Source of the DNA: an uncultured bacterium
GTDB taxonomy: Bacteria; Babelota; Babeliae; Babelales; Vermiphilaceae
Direction of reading: 5' to 3'
Length of the DNA stretch: 64,000 bases
NCBI GenBank assembly: GCA_963701085.1
Contig: OY969561.1
Location: forward strand, 192,001 to 256,000
Of this stretch, positions 48,297-60,526 are shown one piece after another. Each line of letters begins with the position of its first letter. Position 1 is the stretch's first letter. The notes under the pieces are model-generated. The model searched no databases and was not told the origin of the DNA. It saw only the letters and a list, made by a program, of their open reading frames with translations. The translations under genes and the position numbers were made by a program.

Positions 48297-48874
48297 TTAT
48301 TACGAAATTGCTTCATAAAGAGAGCACAGTAGTTGTAGGCGCTACCGACAGATAGTGCAGTTCCGAGCAGCAAGAGAAGAAATTCTGTTCCATTCCAGTA
48401 AAGAGAAGAAAAGCAATGCGCATGGTAGGGATTGATGATCACGAATGCTAAGCAAGCAATTTGTGAGACGGTTTTAAGTTTGCCATATGATGAGACGGTA
48501 ATTAAAAAGTTGTTTTCAAGAGCAATTTGACGAAGCGCCATAACAAAAAATTCTCTACCAATCCAAATGATAGCCCAAAAAAAATAAAGCTTATGCGCAG
48601 CAACGAGTGCGATAAGTGTTGAATAGAGTAAAAATTTATCAGCGACATGATCAAGCATTGCACCAATCGATGTAACCTGATGATATCTGCGCGCTAAATA
48701 ACCATCAAAAAAATCGGTTAATCCAAATAAAACAAAAAGTGTAGATAAACTGCAGTTAAGCCAAAAGATATTGTATGGCAGTAAATAGACAAGAAAAAAA
48801 GGAAGTATAATAGGAGAGCCTATTAAGCGAATGAATGTAAGAAGCATTGGAAGAGAAAGTTCTGTATTCCACAT
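48293..48874 (-). CDS. pgsA: CDP-diacylglycerol--glycerol-3-phosphate 3-phosphatidyltransferase
   Basis: LTFIR, TDFFDGYLAR, GAMLDHVADK, GKLKT. Confidence 0.93.
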   Translation of the reverse strand: MWNTELSLPMLLTFIRLIGSPIILPFFLVYLLPYNIFWLNCSLSTLFVLFGLTDFFDGYLARRYHQVTSIGAMLDHVADKFLLYSTLIALVAAHKLYFFWAIIWIGREFFVMALRQIALENNFLITVSSYGKLKTVSQIACLAFVIINPYHAHCFSSLYWNGTEFLLLLLGTALSVGSAYNYCALFMKQFRNN

Positions 48875-48902
48875 ATTGTGTATGTTGTTTTTTTATAATT
48901 TC

Positions 48903-48979
48903 TGGTAGCGGCGCAGGGATTTGAACCCCGGACCTACGGATTATGATTCCGCCGCTCTAACCAACTGAGCTACGCCGCC
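48903..48979 (-). tRNA. tRNA-Met (CAT), elongator type
   Basis: GGCGGCGTAGCTCAG...ATCATAA...CGCCGCTACCA. Confidence 0.9.
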
Positions 48980-49003
48980 ACTAATACCAATAAACTATTT
49001 TTC

Positions 49004-49037
49004 GCGCTTAATCCTTCAACAAGTTCAGGATGAGCGC
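49004..49037. repeat. Family-A single arm between secD and tRNA-Met
   Basis: GCGCTTAATCCTTCAACAAGTTCAGGATGAGCGC, identical to 38711-38744. Confidence 0.92.
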
Positions 49038-49081
49038 ATAGGAAATGTCAAAATATCTTAGTTATAGGATTAAGTATAACA

Positions 49082-50638
49082 TCAAATAGAAAGCTTTTGA
49101 ATACTAAAGTTATTTAAAATAAAGTTAAAGAATGATTTTAAGAAAAAGAGTGTTGCAATTAATGTTGCGATGATTCCCAACATAAGCGTCACTGCAAATC
49201 CTTGGATCGGTCCTGATCCTAAATTATATAACACAATGCCACTGATAAAGGTGGTAATGTTACCATCTAAAATTACACCCATTGCGCCAGAAAATCCGGT
49301 ATCAACAGCATTTTTAACACTGCTACCTTTAGCAATTTCTTCTTTAATTCGTTCAAAAATTAAAATTGATGCATCAATTGCCATACCAATAGTAAGTGTC
49401 ATACCAGCGATACCAGGCAATGTTAATGTTGCGTGCATCCATGCAAGACCAATAAGAATGAAAATTAAATTATAGAGTAATGCTAAGAATGCCAACAACC
49501 CGCATAATTTGTAGTAATAGATGCTAAACAGGAATACAAGTCCAAAACCACCAAGACAAGAATAGAGACCATGTTTGATTGATTCAGCACCGAGTGATGG
49601 CCCAATTTGACGTTCTTCTTCAAAGGTGACGGGTGCTACAAATGATCCTGATTTGAGAAGATATGATAATTTTTTAACCTCTTGTGTGGTGAAGTTTCCG
49701 GTAATATGACCTGTGCTGCGAATTGCAGATTCTATTCTTGGTGCAGATATAACTTCACCATCAAGTACTATTGCAAGTTGGCGGTTGTGATTTTTGCTCG
49801 TGAGTTCGTAAAATTTATCAGCGCCTTCTTCATTAAATGAAAATTGTACAACTGGTTCAACACCTGTTTTACCGCCCATTCCAGGACGTGCATCAGAAAG
49901 CATATTACCCGTTACTTTTGCATATTTTTGTACAACAAAATAGGGAGTGCGTCCATGTTCACGTTCACCAGGCAAAATTTGCAAATCATCAGGAAGTTCG
50001 CCATCGTATTCAAGTAATAATTCTGATTCGCTTGAACCCATTTTTTCAACAATTTTGAATTCGAGAAGCGCAGCACGACCAATCATTTCTTTTGCTTCTT
50101 GTGGGTTTGAAACATCAGGAAGCTCAATAATAATTTCTTTTTCACCTTGCTTTGCGATAGAAATTTCAGCAACGCTGAATTTATCAAGACGAGTGCGTAA
50201 TACTTCAATGTTACGCAACACTGAATCTTCTTTGATTCGTTTTTCCATTTGCTCGGAAAAACTTAATGAAATACTGTTTTTATCAACTGATTGTACCAAC
50301 TCGCGTTCATCAGATTTTAAGATACGAGCTGCTTCTTGTGTTTGCTGTTGATTTTCGAAGGTGAGAATAATTTTTTGATCTTGGATTGTTTTTGAGAGGA
50401 GAGAAATTGATCGTTCGCGTTTAAATTTTGCATCAATTGTTTGGAGTTTTCTAATAAGTTCTGCTTCGACAGCTTTTTCGGTTTTTACTTCAAGAGTGAG
50501 ATAGCTTCCTCCAACCAAATCTATGCCGAAACGTAATGATTTACGTAATGGATACAAGAAGTAGATACCAATCACACACAATACTATCCAAAACATTAAT
50601 CCAGAATTTGCAATGCGCTTCGCTGCTGTTTTCATCAA
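49082..50638 (-). CDS. secD: Protein translocase subunit SecD
   Basis: GIDLVGG, AIVLDG, IGPSLG, LTLPGIAG, IFERIKEE, GFAVTL. Confidence 0.95.
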   Translation of the reverse strand: MMKTAAKRIANSGLMFWIVLCVIGIYFLYPLRKSLRFGIDLVGGSYLTLEVKTEKAVEAELIRKLQTIDAKFKRERSISLLSKTIQDQKIILTFENQQQTQEAARILKSDERELVQSVDKNSISLSFSEQMEKRIKEDSVLRNIEVLRTRLDKFSVAEISIAKQGEKEIIIELPDVSNPQEAKEMIGRAALLEFKIVEKMGSSESELLLEYDGELPDDLQILPGEREHGRTPYFVVQKYAKVTGNMLSDARPGMGGKTGVEPVVQFSFNEEGADKFYELTSKNHNRQLAIVLDGEVISAPRIESAIRSTGHITGNFTTQEVKKLSYLLKSGSFVAPVTFEEERQIGPSLGAESIKHGLYSCLGGFGLVFLFSIYYYKLCGLLAFLALLYNLIFILIGLAWMHATLTLPGIAGMTLTIGMAIDASILIFERIKEEIAKGSSVKNAVDTGFSGAMGVILDGNITTFISGIVLYNLGSGPIQGFAVTLMLGIIATLIATLFFLKSFFNFILNNFSIQKLSI

Positions 50639-50797
50639 ATAACTCCTTAAAAATCTAAATGCTACACTACTTTTTTTTACGAAATTTTTTAACTATTTTT
50701 GCTGCGAGGAGGCTTAGTTTAAATTAAAAAATGATTTTACGCTTCAGCCATAACGCTCTGCAGCTTCGACAGGGCATACTTCTTAAGTCTTGCTGGC

Positions 50798-50827
50798 TGC
50801 GCCATACGAAGCCTTGGCGAAGTACTG
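50798..50827. repeat. Family-B unit abutting the tRNA-Leu CCA end
   Basis: CGAAGCCTTGGCGAAG core identical to 27633-27648. Confidence 0.75.
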
Positions 50828-50912
50828 GTGCCAGAGAGGGGACTCGAACCCCTATGGGATTTCTCCCACAGCCACCTCAAGGCTGCGTGTCTGCCAATTT
50901 CACCACCCCGGC
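50826..50912 (-). tRNA. tRNA-Leu (GAG)
   Basis: 87-nt cloverleaf with long variable arm, anticodon loop TTGAGGT, CCA end. Confidence 0.93.
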
Positions 50913-51016
50913 ATTTCATTATATAATGTGTTTTTAGTATAGCGATAAATTCTGTATTATCAATATTTAAAGTGATGTTTATAGTTATAATTTAACCAAG
51001 TTTGTTCTATTCTCTT

Positions 51017-51080
51017 GCGCTCATCCTGAACTTGATGAAGGATTAAGCGCTATAATCCTTCAACAAGCTCTGGCTGAGCC
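51017..51080. repeat. Family-A 'empty' dimer, arms fused at AGCGCT
   Basis: GCGCTCATCCTGAACTTGATGAAGGATTAAGCGCTATAATCCTTCAACAAGCTCTGGCTGAGCC. Confidence 0.88.
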
Positions 51081-52084
51081 TGGAAGTTCAAGATGGGTTT
51101 GCGAGTAAAATGAAAGGGTAAATACTATTTACCAAAAATCATGTCGTAGGGTAATCGAATAATAGAAAAAACAACATTGAAGACATTGGTAAATCCGGAC
51201 ATAATCCAAGCGAACCAGCCTAATTTAGGCTTTGGCGCAACTTCTTCTTCCTCGTCTTCTGCTTGTTGTTGGGCTTGTTCTTTTTGTTGTTCAAGAAGTT
51301 CGGTTTGGCGCTTAAAATTAACACCTTGTTCTTTGAGTGCTTCTATTTGATTTTGCACACGAGTAACATGTTGTGTTGCTTCGCCAATCAGTTTATTAAA
51401 ATGAGATAAGAAGTCTCGTTCTAGATAGGTACTTATATTTTTTATGTTACGAGCGGCACCTTCTATCATGTAATAAAGTTCGCGTGCTTTTGTATCATTT
51501 AATATATGAGCAATTTCTTTAAAGTTGTCCCATGCTTGTCGTTCAAACTGTCTTACGCGATTGATTTGGTTCATGAGGGTGCCTAAAGCGTCATCAATAG
51601 CATGGTCAAGGTTTGCAATTGATTCAACATCACGCATGAGTTGTTTTAATGCTTCTTCTTGTGGTGCAATTGTTTCATAAAGTGTGCGTTCTTGTTCGCT
51701 GAGATCGCCCTGTGCCTCACGATGTTTTTCAAAGAACTCAACCATCTCTGATAGTATTGTTTGGAGTTCACCTTGTCCAATACCAACATTAAGATAAAAA
51801 GGATCTAAGGCATTTCTATCGAGTTCATTGCGTTTAACAAAAAATACGGTGCGCGATTCCCATATTGCATCAACAAGAAGACGTATTTTTTCATAGCGTT
51901 CTTCGGCGCGTTCCCACCAGATGCGTTTGTAGAGCCAGTTGCCTTGTGGATTTTCAAGAGAAACGGTATCTATTCCTGTGGGTTTTTCTGCTTTTACTGG
52001 TTCTTCCGGAATTACGATAGGTTCATCTTGTACCGGTTCTGGCGCGCCTTCAGGAGCCTTGGGAGATCCCTCTGCCGATGTGTC

Positions 52085-52170
52085 CCCGCTCGTCCTTGAT
52101 GCTTCGTCAAGCTCAGCAGTAAACGCGCCGCCTGCCCGCAGAAGCCTTGGCGAAGGCGGGTCGAAGGATG
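52085..52170. repeat. Composite family-A/family-B repeat in frame inside the gene
   Basis: CGCTCGTCCTTGATGCTTCGTCAAGCTCAGCAGTAAAC resembles the reverse complement of 18513-18550; 30-nt unit at 52131-52160. Confidence 0.78.
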
Positions 52171-52229
52171 GAGTGGAAGCTTCATGCTTTTCCTCCATGG
52201 GTTCTTTGGAGGGAGATGGAATCATCGGG

Positions 52230-52333
52230 ATTTGCTCAGTTGGCATTTGCTCAGTTGGCATTTGCTCAGTTGGCATTTGCTCAGTTGGCATTTCTCAGTT
52301 GGCATTTGCTCAGTTGGCATTTGCTCAGTTGGG
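52230..52333. repeat. 15-bp tandem repeat x7 (ATTTGCTCAGTTGGC)
   Basis: Six 15-bp units and one 14-bp unit (52290-52303). Confidence 0.95.
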
Positions 52334-52479
52334 GCTTTTTCTGGCGCGATTAGTTGCTCCACTTGATCCCCAGTGGGTGAAGTTTTTTCCTGGGAAAAAG
52401 TAAAACATGGTACTATACTGAGTGCTGTTATCATCATTATTTTAGGTATACGCATAACATTATCTCCTTTTTTTATTTT

Positions 52480-52941
52480 TTAAAGAGACTCGGAGAGCTC
52501 TTCTAGTTCAGCCATTAAGGCATTTGATAGCTCTTCAGCATCAGGTGAAGTATAACTCCATCTTACGCCACTTTCCACTTTAGTTAAAACTGATCTATCG
52601 CATTTAATATCAATAATGTCAATGCGGACAACATTCATAAAAGGATGAACCATTGATGGCGCGCGTACAACACCAGCACGGCCTAAAACGCTGTAAGCAA
52701 CATTGCCTTCATCCAAAAAGCAGATCATAACTTTTTTTTGCCATACCATGTTATGATAGCCGGTGTGGTCCTTGTGAATGGTGAGTAAAATGCTTTCGAG
52801 TCCTTTAGCGCCAATGCATTGAACAGGAGTTGTGTTAGGTAATCCTTTTTCGGAGAAAGTTGCAAGGATTCCTACAGTTTGTCCTTTTTTTAAAACAGCT
52901 AATAAATCTTCCGGTAATTTTACGCCAACATGTTTTGCCAT
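52480..52941 (-). CDS. Pyridoxamine 5'-phosphate oxidase-like FMN-binding protein
   Basis: LATxxxxGxPxTTPV, ..NM....V, YSVLGRA split-barrel pattern. Confidence 0.75.
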   Translation of the reverse strand: MAKHVGVKLPEDLLAVLKKGQTVGILATFSEKGLPNTTPVQCIGAKGLESILLTIHKDHTGYHNMVWQKKVMICFLDEGNVAYSVLGRAGVVRAPSMVHPFMNVVRIDIIDIKCDRSVLTKVESGVRWSYTSPDAEELSNALMAELEELSESL

Positions 52942-53014
52942 GAATACCCTAACTTACATAAATAAGCACTATAAATTTGACACATTTTTTAGTTTATTAA
53001 AGAAAAATCGACTT

Positions 53015-54169
53015 TTATAAAGAAAGTCTTGTTATGATTTCGTTTTCTACTACTAATCCAGCGGGAGTTAATTGTAGACGGCCATTGTTTTCTGTAATTA
53101 ATTTTTTTTGTTGTAATATATCAATGGTTGATCTAATCTTTTCTTTTTGCACGAGATTTAAATCGCTACTAATTTCTTCCCAGCAAACCCCCTTCATTCT
53201 TCTTAGCCCAAGCATAATTTTTTCAACGTATATTTGATCTTTGGTAATTGTCTCTACAAATATTGGTTTATACCTGTTTTGTTCCATGGTTTCCAAGTAT
53301 TTGATAAGATTTTTTTCATTTTGCAGGCGGGATGTTCCATCAAACGAGCATGCGCCAAGGCCAAATCCGCGGTATGGCTTGCGTTCCCAATAAGTGGTGT
53401 TATGTCGTGATTCTTTTCCCATTCGAGCAAAACTAGAAACTTCATATTGATTAAAGCCATGGTTGGAAAGAAATTCACGGGACCAATGGTATGCATCAAC
53501 AACATCATCATCGCATGGTAACGTAACCTTGTTTGATTTGACGTTAAAAAACAATGGTGTGCTGTCATGAACTTCTAAAACATACATCGATAGGTGCGTG
53601 ATCTTCCACGTAACTATTTTTGCTAATAACTCCTCCCATTCAATTGTGCTAACTCCTGGTAGTCCCAAAATGACATCTACAGAGATGTTATCAAAATAAT
53701 GAGGTGCATTATCAAGCAAAGAATAAACATCAGTAGCTTTTTGCAAGCGATTCAATTTCTGTAACACTGAATCATTGAGGCTTTGTACCCCAATGCTGAT
53801 ACGGTTAATTCCCAATTCTTTCCATAAGGCTAATTGCTCAAATCGCACTGTGCCAGGGTTAACTTCAAGAGTTATTTCTGTGTTCTCATCAAAAATAAAG
53901 AACTCTTTTAGGAGAGCAAACATGTCAATAAGCAGATGGTCAGGGTAGGTGCTTGGGGTCCCTCCACCAAAATAAATGGTATCTAATGGGAGTTTTTCTG
54001 TATATTTATTGCCAAATTCCTTAATTTCTTTGATCAGGGCATTGTGATACCGTTCCATAAATGGATCGTGTGATGCCAGTGCCACAAAAGGGCAGTAATG
54101 GCAACGATAGGGACAAAACGGCCAATGAATATACAGCGAGCGTGTATTGGCTGAGGTATCATAATGCAT
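53015..54169 (-). CDS. hemW: Radical SAM heme chaperone HemW (HemN-like)
   Basis: LYIHWPFCPYRCHYC, YFGGGTPS, RISIGVQS, YEVSSF, HNxxYW. Confidence 0.92.
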   Translation of the reverse strand: MHYDTSANTRSLYIHWPFCPYRCHYCPFVALASHDPFMERYHNALIKEIKEFGNKYTEKLPLDTIYFGGGTPSTYPDHLLIDMFALLKEFFIFDENTEITLEVNPGTVRFEQLALWKELGINRISIGVQSLNDSVLQKLNRLQKATDVYSLLDNAPHYFDNISVDVILGLPGVSTIEWEELLAKIVTWKITHLSMYVLEVHDSTPLFFNVKSNKVTLPCDDDVVDAYHWSREFLSNHGFNQYEVSSFARMGKESRHNTTYWERKPYRGFGLGACSFDGTSRLQNEKNLIKYLETMEQNRYKPIFVETITKDQIYVEKIMLGLRRMKGVCWEEISSDLNLVQKEKIRSTIDILQQKKLITENNGRLQLTPAGLVVENEIITRLSL

Positions 54170-54272
54170 AAAAACCTATTTTTTTTGAAAAGCTAAAAAG
54201 TAGTACATTTTATTGTATCATAGGTCCTGTAATGCAGCAAATTGTAGTAGAAACTTAAAGTTTTTAAATCTT

Positions 54273-54947
54273 TTATTGTTGTTCTTTGTTTATATCAAGG
54301 CCATAGAGGATATCTGCAAGTGTTTTAATTTCGCTCGGTGATGTTTCTCTTATTATGGCAATATCCTTGAGCAAATCATCAAATTCTTGTGTTGCTATAG
54401 AAAAAGGAATGTGAGAGACGATTTTTTTTTCAGCATTTATTTTTTCTAAATCAAGCAAAACTCTAAATGTTGCTGCTTTGCCAATGATAGCAGTGTTTTT
54501 TTGATTGTTTGTGTATTGATTGAATTGTTCTAGGGTTGGTGAGGTGAAATTGTTTTTTTCAAGATTAGCGTTGTATTGCGCGATTCTTTCAAAAAGAACG
54601 CTGATATAAAGGGGGCTGTTATAGGGAGGGTTTTCCGGTGAAAAAATTTTAGTTTTGATTGGTTGGTTGTAAGCAAATATTCCAATATGTTTTGGCTCAA
54701 TGTTGCAAGATTTTAATTCTTTGGTTTTTGTTATTATGTTGATTATATTTTCTGCGCTTTGGATAGTGGTTGGATTGTAAAAGTCAAGCGCGGTATAGGC
54801 TTTTTTGTATAAATCATTTTTTTTATAAAAATTGTTATTGTTGTGATTTGTAGTTGCACTGTCGCTTGTGGAGACAAGTTTGTCTTCCATTGCATGCAAG
54901 GGAACTGATAGGCTGGTAACGATTACTATTTTGTGTGTTAGTTTCAT
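54273..54947 (-). CDS. Secreted hypothetical protein
   Basis: Start MKLTHK with AAGGAAG RBS; signal ending LHAMED. Confidence 0.65.
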   Translation of the reverse strand: MKLTHKIVIVTSLSVPLHAMEDKLVSTSDSATTNHNNNNFYKKNDLYKKAYTALDFYNPTTIQSAENIINIITKTKELKSCNIEPKHIGIFAYNQPIKTKIFSPENPPYNSPLYISVLFERIAQYNANLEKNNFTSPTLEQFNQYTNNQKNTAIIGKAATFRVLLDLEKINAEKKIVSHIPFSIATQEFDDLLKDIAIIRETSPSEIKTLADILYGLDINKEQQ

Positions 54948-55066
54948 ACTTCTTCCTTTTTGTATACGTTGATTTTTTTGGCTATGCCATAGTACTCTAT
55001 TGTTAAAAGTAATTTTTGTGATGTTTACCATAAAATTTTTTATTATCAAAAGCAAGAGTTCATGTT

Positions 55067-55873
55067 GTGTATAAAAATAGAATTGTTGTAATCGTTGTTT
55101 TGATCATTGTTTCATTTTTTATCTTTAAGCATTATGTAGGGGTAGGAGTTTCTGTTGTTGAAACAATTTCTTCTTATATGGTGTATCCCTTTTTGCGCGT
55201 GCAACAGTTAGTTATTGAGCCAATTTCAAGATGGTCCGAGCATTCCTCAAATGTACAAGAACTTGAAAATGTTATTGAAAATTTACAACAAAAATATGAT
55301 GAGATTTTTGCAGAAAATATTACGTTAAAAGCAATGCATCATTATGCAGATGAAACAAAAGAGTTGCGTGGTTTTAATAAAAGATATTTGTTAGATCGCG
55401 GACATATAGCACATGTGTTGGCACGTCATTTTTCTCCAAGTAATCAGTTTTTTCTTGTTGATGCGGGTACTGCTCAGGGTATAAAAAGGGATATGGTAGC
55501 GTTGTACGGTAACTCTATTGTAGGCAGAGTTGTTGAAGTATATCCATGGTATTGTAAAATTTCTCTTATTACTGATGTTGATTGTAAGGTTGCAGCATTA
55601 TCTTTATCTCCCAAAGTTTGTGCGAGTGGCATTCATGAAGGAATAAATGATGCAAGACATACAGTTATGCGCTATGTGAGTCATTTGGATGTGGTGAAAG
55701 TGGGCAATGATGTGCTTTCTAGCGGAGAGGGATTGGTATTTCCTAAAGGATTTGCATTAGGCAAAGTTATTTCTGCCGATAAAGGTGATTTGTTTTATGC
55801 TATTACGGTGCAACCAGCTTTAGATTTTAACGCACTACGTTATTGCACGCTCATTGCTAAAGAAGATATTTAA
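55067..55873 (+). CDS. mreC: Rod shape-determining protein MreC
   Basis: N-terminal TM, coiled coil, DAGxxxGI, VGRV, LITD, SSGxGxVFPKG. Confidence 0.88.
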   Translation: MYKNRIVVIVVLIIVSFFIFKHYVGVGVSVVETISSYMVYPFLRVQQLVIEPISRWSEHSSNVQELENVIENLQQKYDEIFAENITLKAMHHYADETKELRGFNKRYLLDRGHIAHVLARHFSPSNQFFLVDAGTAQGIKRDMVALYGNSIVGRVVEVYPWYCKISLITDVDCKVAALSLSPKVCASGIHEGINDARHTVMRYVSHLDVVKVGNDVLSSGEGLVFPKGFALGKVISADKGDLFYAITVQPALDFNALRYCTLIAKEDI

Positions 55874-56587
55874 TATATTTTGTTTTTTTTCATTATGTTC
55901 AACCCATTCAATTTCACCTTCAATGAGCGCTTTTTCTTTGATGGTTTTTATAACAGTGCACAATGACCCAATTTCATTAATCAGTCCGAGCGCTATTGCC
56001 TGTGTTCCGGTGAATGTTTTCCCATCAGCCCAGTTTGACGTAGTAGTAAGCGATAGTTTTCTGCTTAAAGCAATCTGTTTGGTGAGGTGTTGATATGATT
56101 CATTTTCTATTATCTCAAGACTGCTGTTCGGATCTGTAATGGCTTGGTGTGTTGACCAAGCACTGAACGTTTTTCCAATGTTTCCTATTATTGCCGATTC
56201 GGGCGCGATAATAGAGTCACATGCGCTTGCAATGAGGTAGGCACCTGAAAGACACATATTTTCCACCAGGGCTATTATAGGTTTAGGGTATTCTTTTTTA
56301 AGTTGTCGAATGTCATGAAAAATAGTTTGGCCTGTACCAGAGGCAGTTTCAGCACAATTTATTTTAATGACAATTCCTTTAATGGCCGGGTCTTTAAAAA
56401 AACAATGGAGCTGTTCGGTGGTAAAATCAGCGTCATGAAGAGGTTTTGTTAATGATAAAATACCAACAGGAGTTCGTGGTTCTAGTATAGCCATATATTG
56501 TTTTTTAATGCCATCGACTAAGGCGGGGGCTACATAGAGGATAATGATTAAAAGAAAGATAGTTTTAAGGGTGTTAAGTAGTGTCAT
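55835..56587 (-). CDS. S49-family peptidase (SppA-like), apparently internally shortened
   Basis: IKGIVIKIN, KPII, SGAYLIA, IGNIG, ADGKTFTGxQAxxLGLI. Confidence 0.8.
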   Translation of the reverse strand: MTLLNTLKTIFLLIIILYVAPALVDGIKKQYMAILEPRTPVGILSLTKPLHDADFTTEQLHCFFKDPAIKGIVIKINCAETASGTGQTIFHDIRQLKKEYPKPIIALVENMCLSGAYLIASACDSIIAPESAIIGNIGKTFSAWSTHQAITDPNSSLEIIENESYQHLTKQIALSRKLSLTTTSNWADGKTFTGTQAIALGLINEIGSLCTVIKTIKEKALIEGEIEWVEHNEKKQNILNIFFSNERAIT

Positions 56588-56742
56588 AGTGGAGCCTTGC
56601 GATGGTAAAAAGAAGCTTTTTTAGGATATTGGTTTAGTAGCATATAGAAAAAAGCGGTATTGTGAAAGAAATGTGTTATATTTTTTTGACTTTTGTTCCC
56701 ATATCCTTTACACTTTCTTCAGTAAGTTTAGGTGGGATTTCA

Positions 56743-56817
56743 GGGCGATTAGCTCAGTGGTAGAGCATCAGTCTTACAAACTGGGGGTCGTAGGTTCGAA
56801 ACCTACATCGCCCACCA
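56743..56817 (+). tRNA. tRNA-Val (TAC)
   Basis: Cloverleaf, anticodon loop CTTACAA, CCA end. Confidence 0.95.
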
Positions 56818-56825
56818 TACTTTTA

Positions 56826-56915
56826 CCCAACTTTCGCTAAAGCTACAGTTGGGGCCCATTTAAGAAGTTTTTGAAATTGCTCCGTTCGTCCTGAGCCAGT
56901 CGAAGGATACGAACG
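56826..56915. repeat. Family-B hairpin and family-A arm in the tRNA spacer
   Basis: CCCAAC-TTTCGCTAAAGCTACA-GTTGGG; CGTTCGTCCTGAGCCAGTCGAAGGATACGAACG. Confidence 0.82.
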
Positions 56916-56943
56916 TAAAATTGGTTTTTTATTGAAATTTTAT

Positions 56944-57018
56944 TCCTCGGTAGCTCAGTGGTAGAGCAAACGACTGTTAATCGTTGGGTCGCAGGTTCGA
57001 ATCCTGCCCGGGGAGCCA
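56944..57018 (+). tRNA. tRNA-Asn (GTT)
   Basis: TCCTCGG..., anticodon loop CTGTTAA, GCCA end. Confidence 0.95.
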
Positions 57019-57024
57019 CAAATT

Positions 57025-57102
57025 GGGGTGGTAGCTCAGCTTGGATAGAGCGTCCGCCTGTCACGCGGAAGGTCGCGGGTTCAAGTCCCGTCCACCCCGC
57101 CA
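57025..57102 (+). tRNA. tRNA-Asp (GTC)
   Basis: GGGGTGG..., anticodon loop CTGTCAC, GCCA end. Confidence 0.95.
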
Positions 57103-57166
57103 GCCTTCGCTAAAAGTGAAGGATGGCGGTTTTTTTATTCTTATCGTTTTAACTTTGTTATTAAAT

Positions 57167-57198
57167 AAAAAGAGCTCCTGATTCAGGAGCTCTTTTTT
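57167..57198. terminator. Bidirectional intrinsic terminator
   Basis: AAAAAGAGCTCCTGA-T-TCAGGAGCTCTTTTT; second copy at 60475. Confidence 0.85.
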
Positions 57199-57303
57199 GT
57201 GTCTAATATAGATTAGTCTCACATGTTTCTGAACTAAAACATCGGGTATCCATGTACGGATTAGTAATGATTTACGTTTTTTTGTTTTATTTAATGTATT
57301 TTA

Positions 57304-60369
<3,066 letters not shown>

Positions 60370-60474
60370 TGTATGTACCTTGTTTTTAAAAATAATTATT
60401 TTTTATTATAAAAAAATTAATGGTACAAAAAAGAAGAGAATTGTTGTTATGTTTTTTTATTGTAAAAATATCTA

Positions 60475-60507
60475 AAAAAAGAGCTCCTGATTCAGAAGCT
60501 CTTTTTT
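60475..60507. terminator. Intrinsic terminator (duplicate of 57167)
   Basis: AAAAAGAGCTCCTGATTCAGAAGCTCTTTTTT followed by the same GTGTCTAAT. Confidence 0.8.
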
Positions 60508-60526
60508 GTGTCTAATTACGTTGAGT

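Larger units (their letters stand above)
51125..52455 (-). pseudogene. Secreted coiled-coil protein split by a 1-nt deletion within a 15-bp tandem repeat
   Basis: Signal-peptide ORF 52222-52455 reads PTEQM then shifts frame; ORF 51125-52291 continues PTEQM; one repeat unit is 14 bp. Confidence 0.75.

Noticed and set aside
50731-50937. Small ORFs on both strands (also 56843-57064)
   Set aside because: They overlap tRNA genes.
52230-52333. Short repeats as CRISPR, and overlapping plus-strand ORFs
   Set aside because: Head-to-tail 15-mers without spacers; the plus-strand ORFs are shadows of the VNTR.
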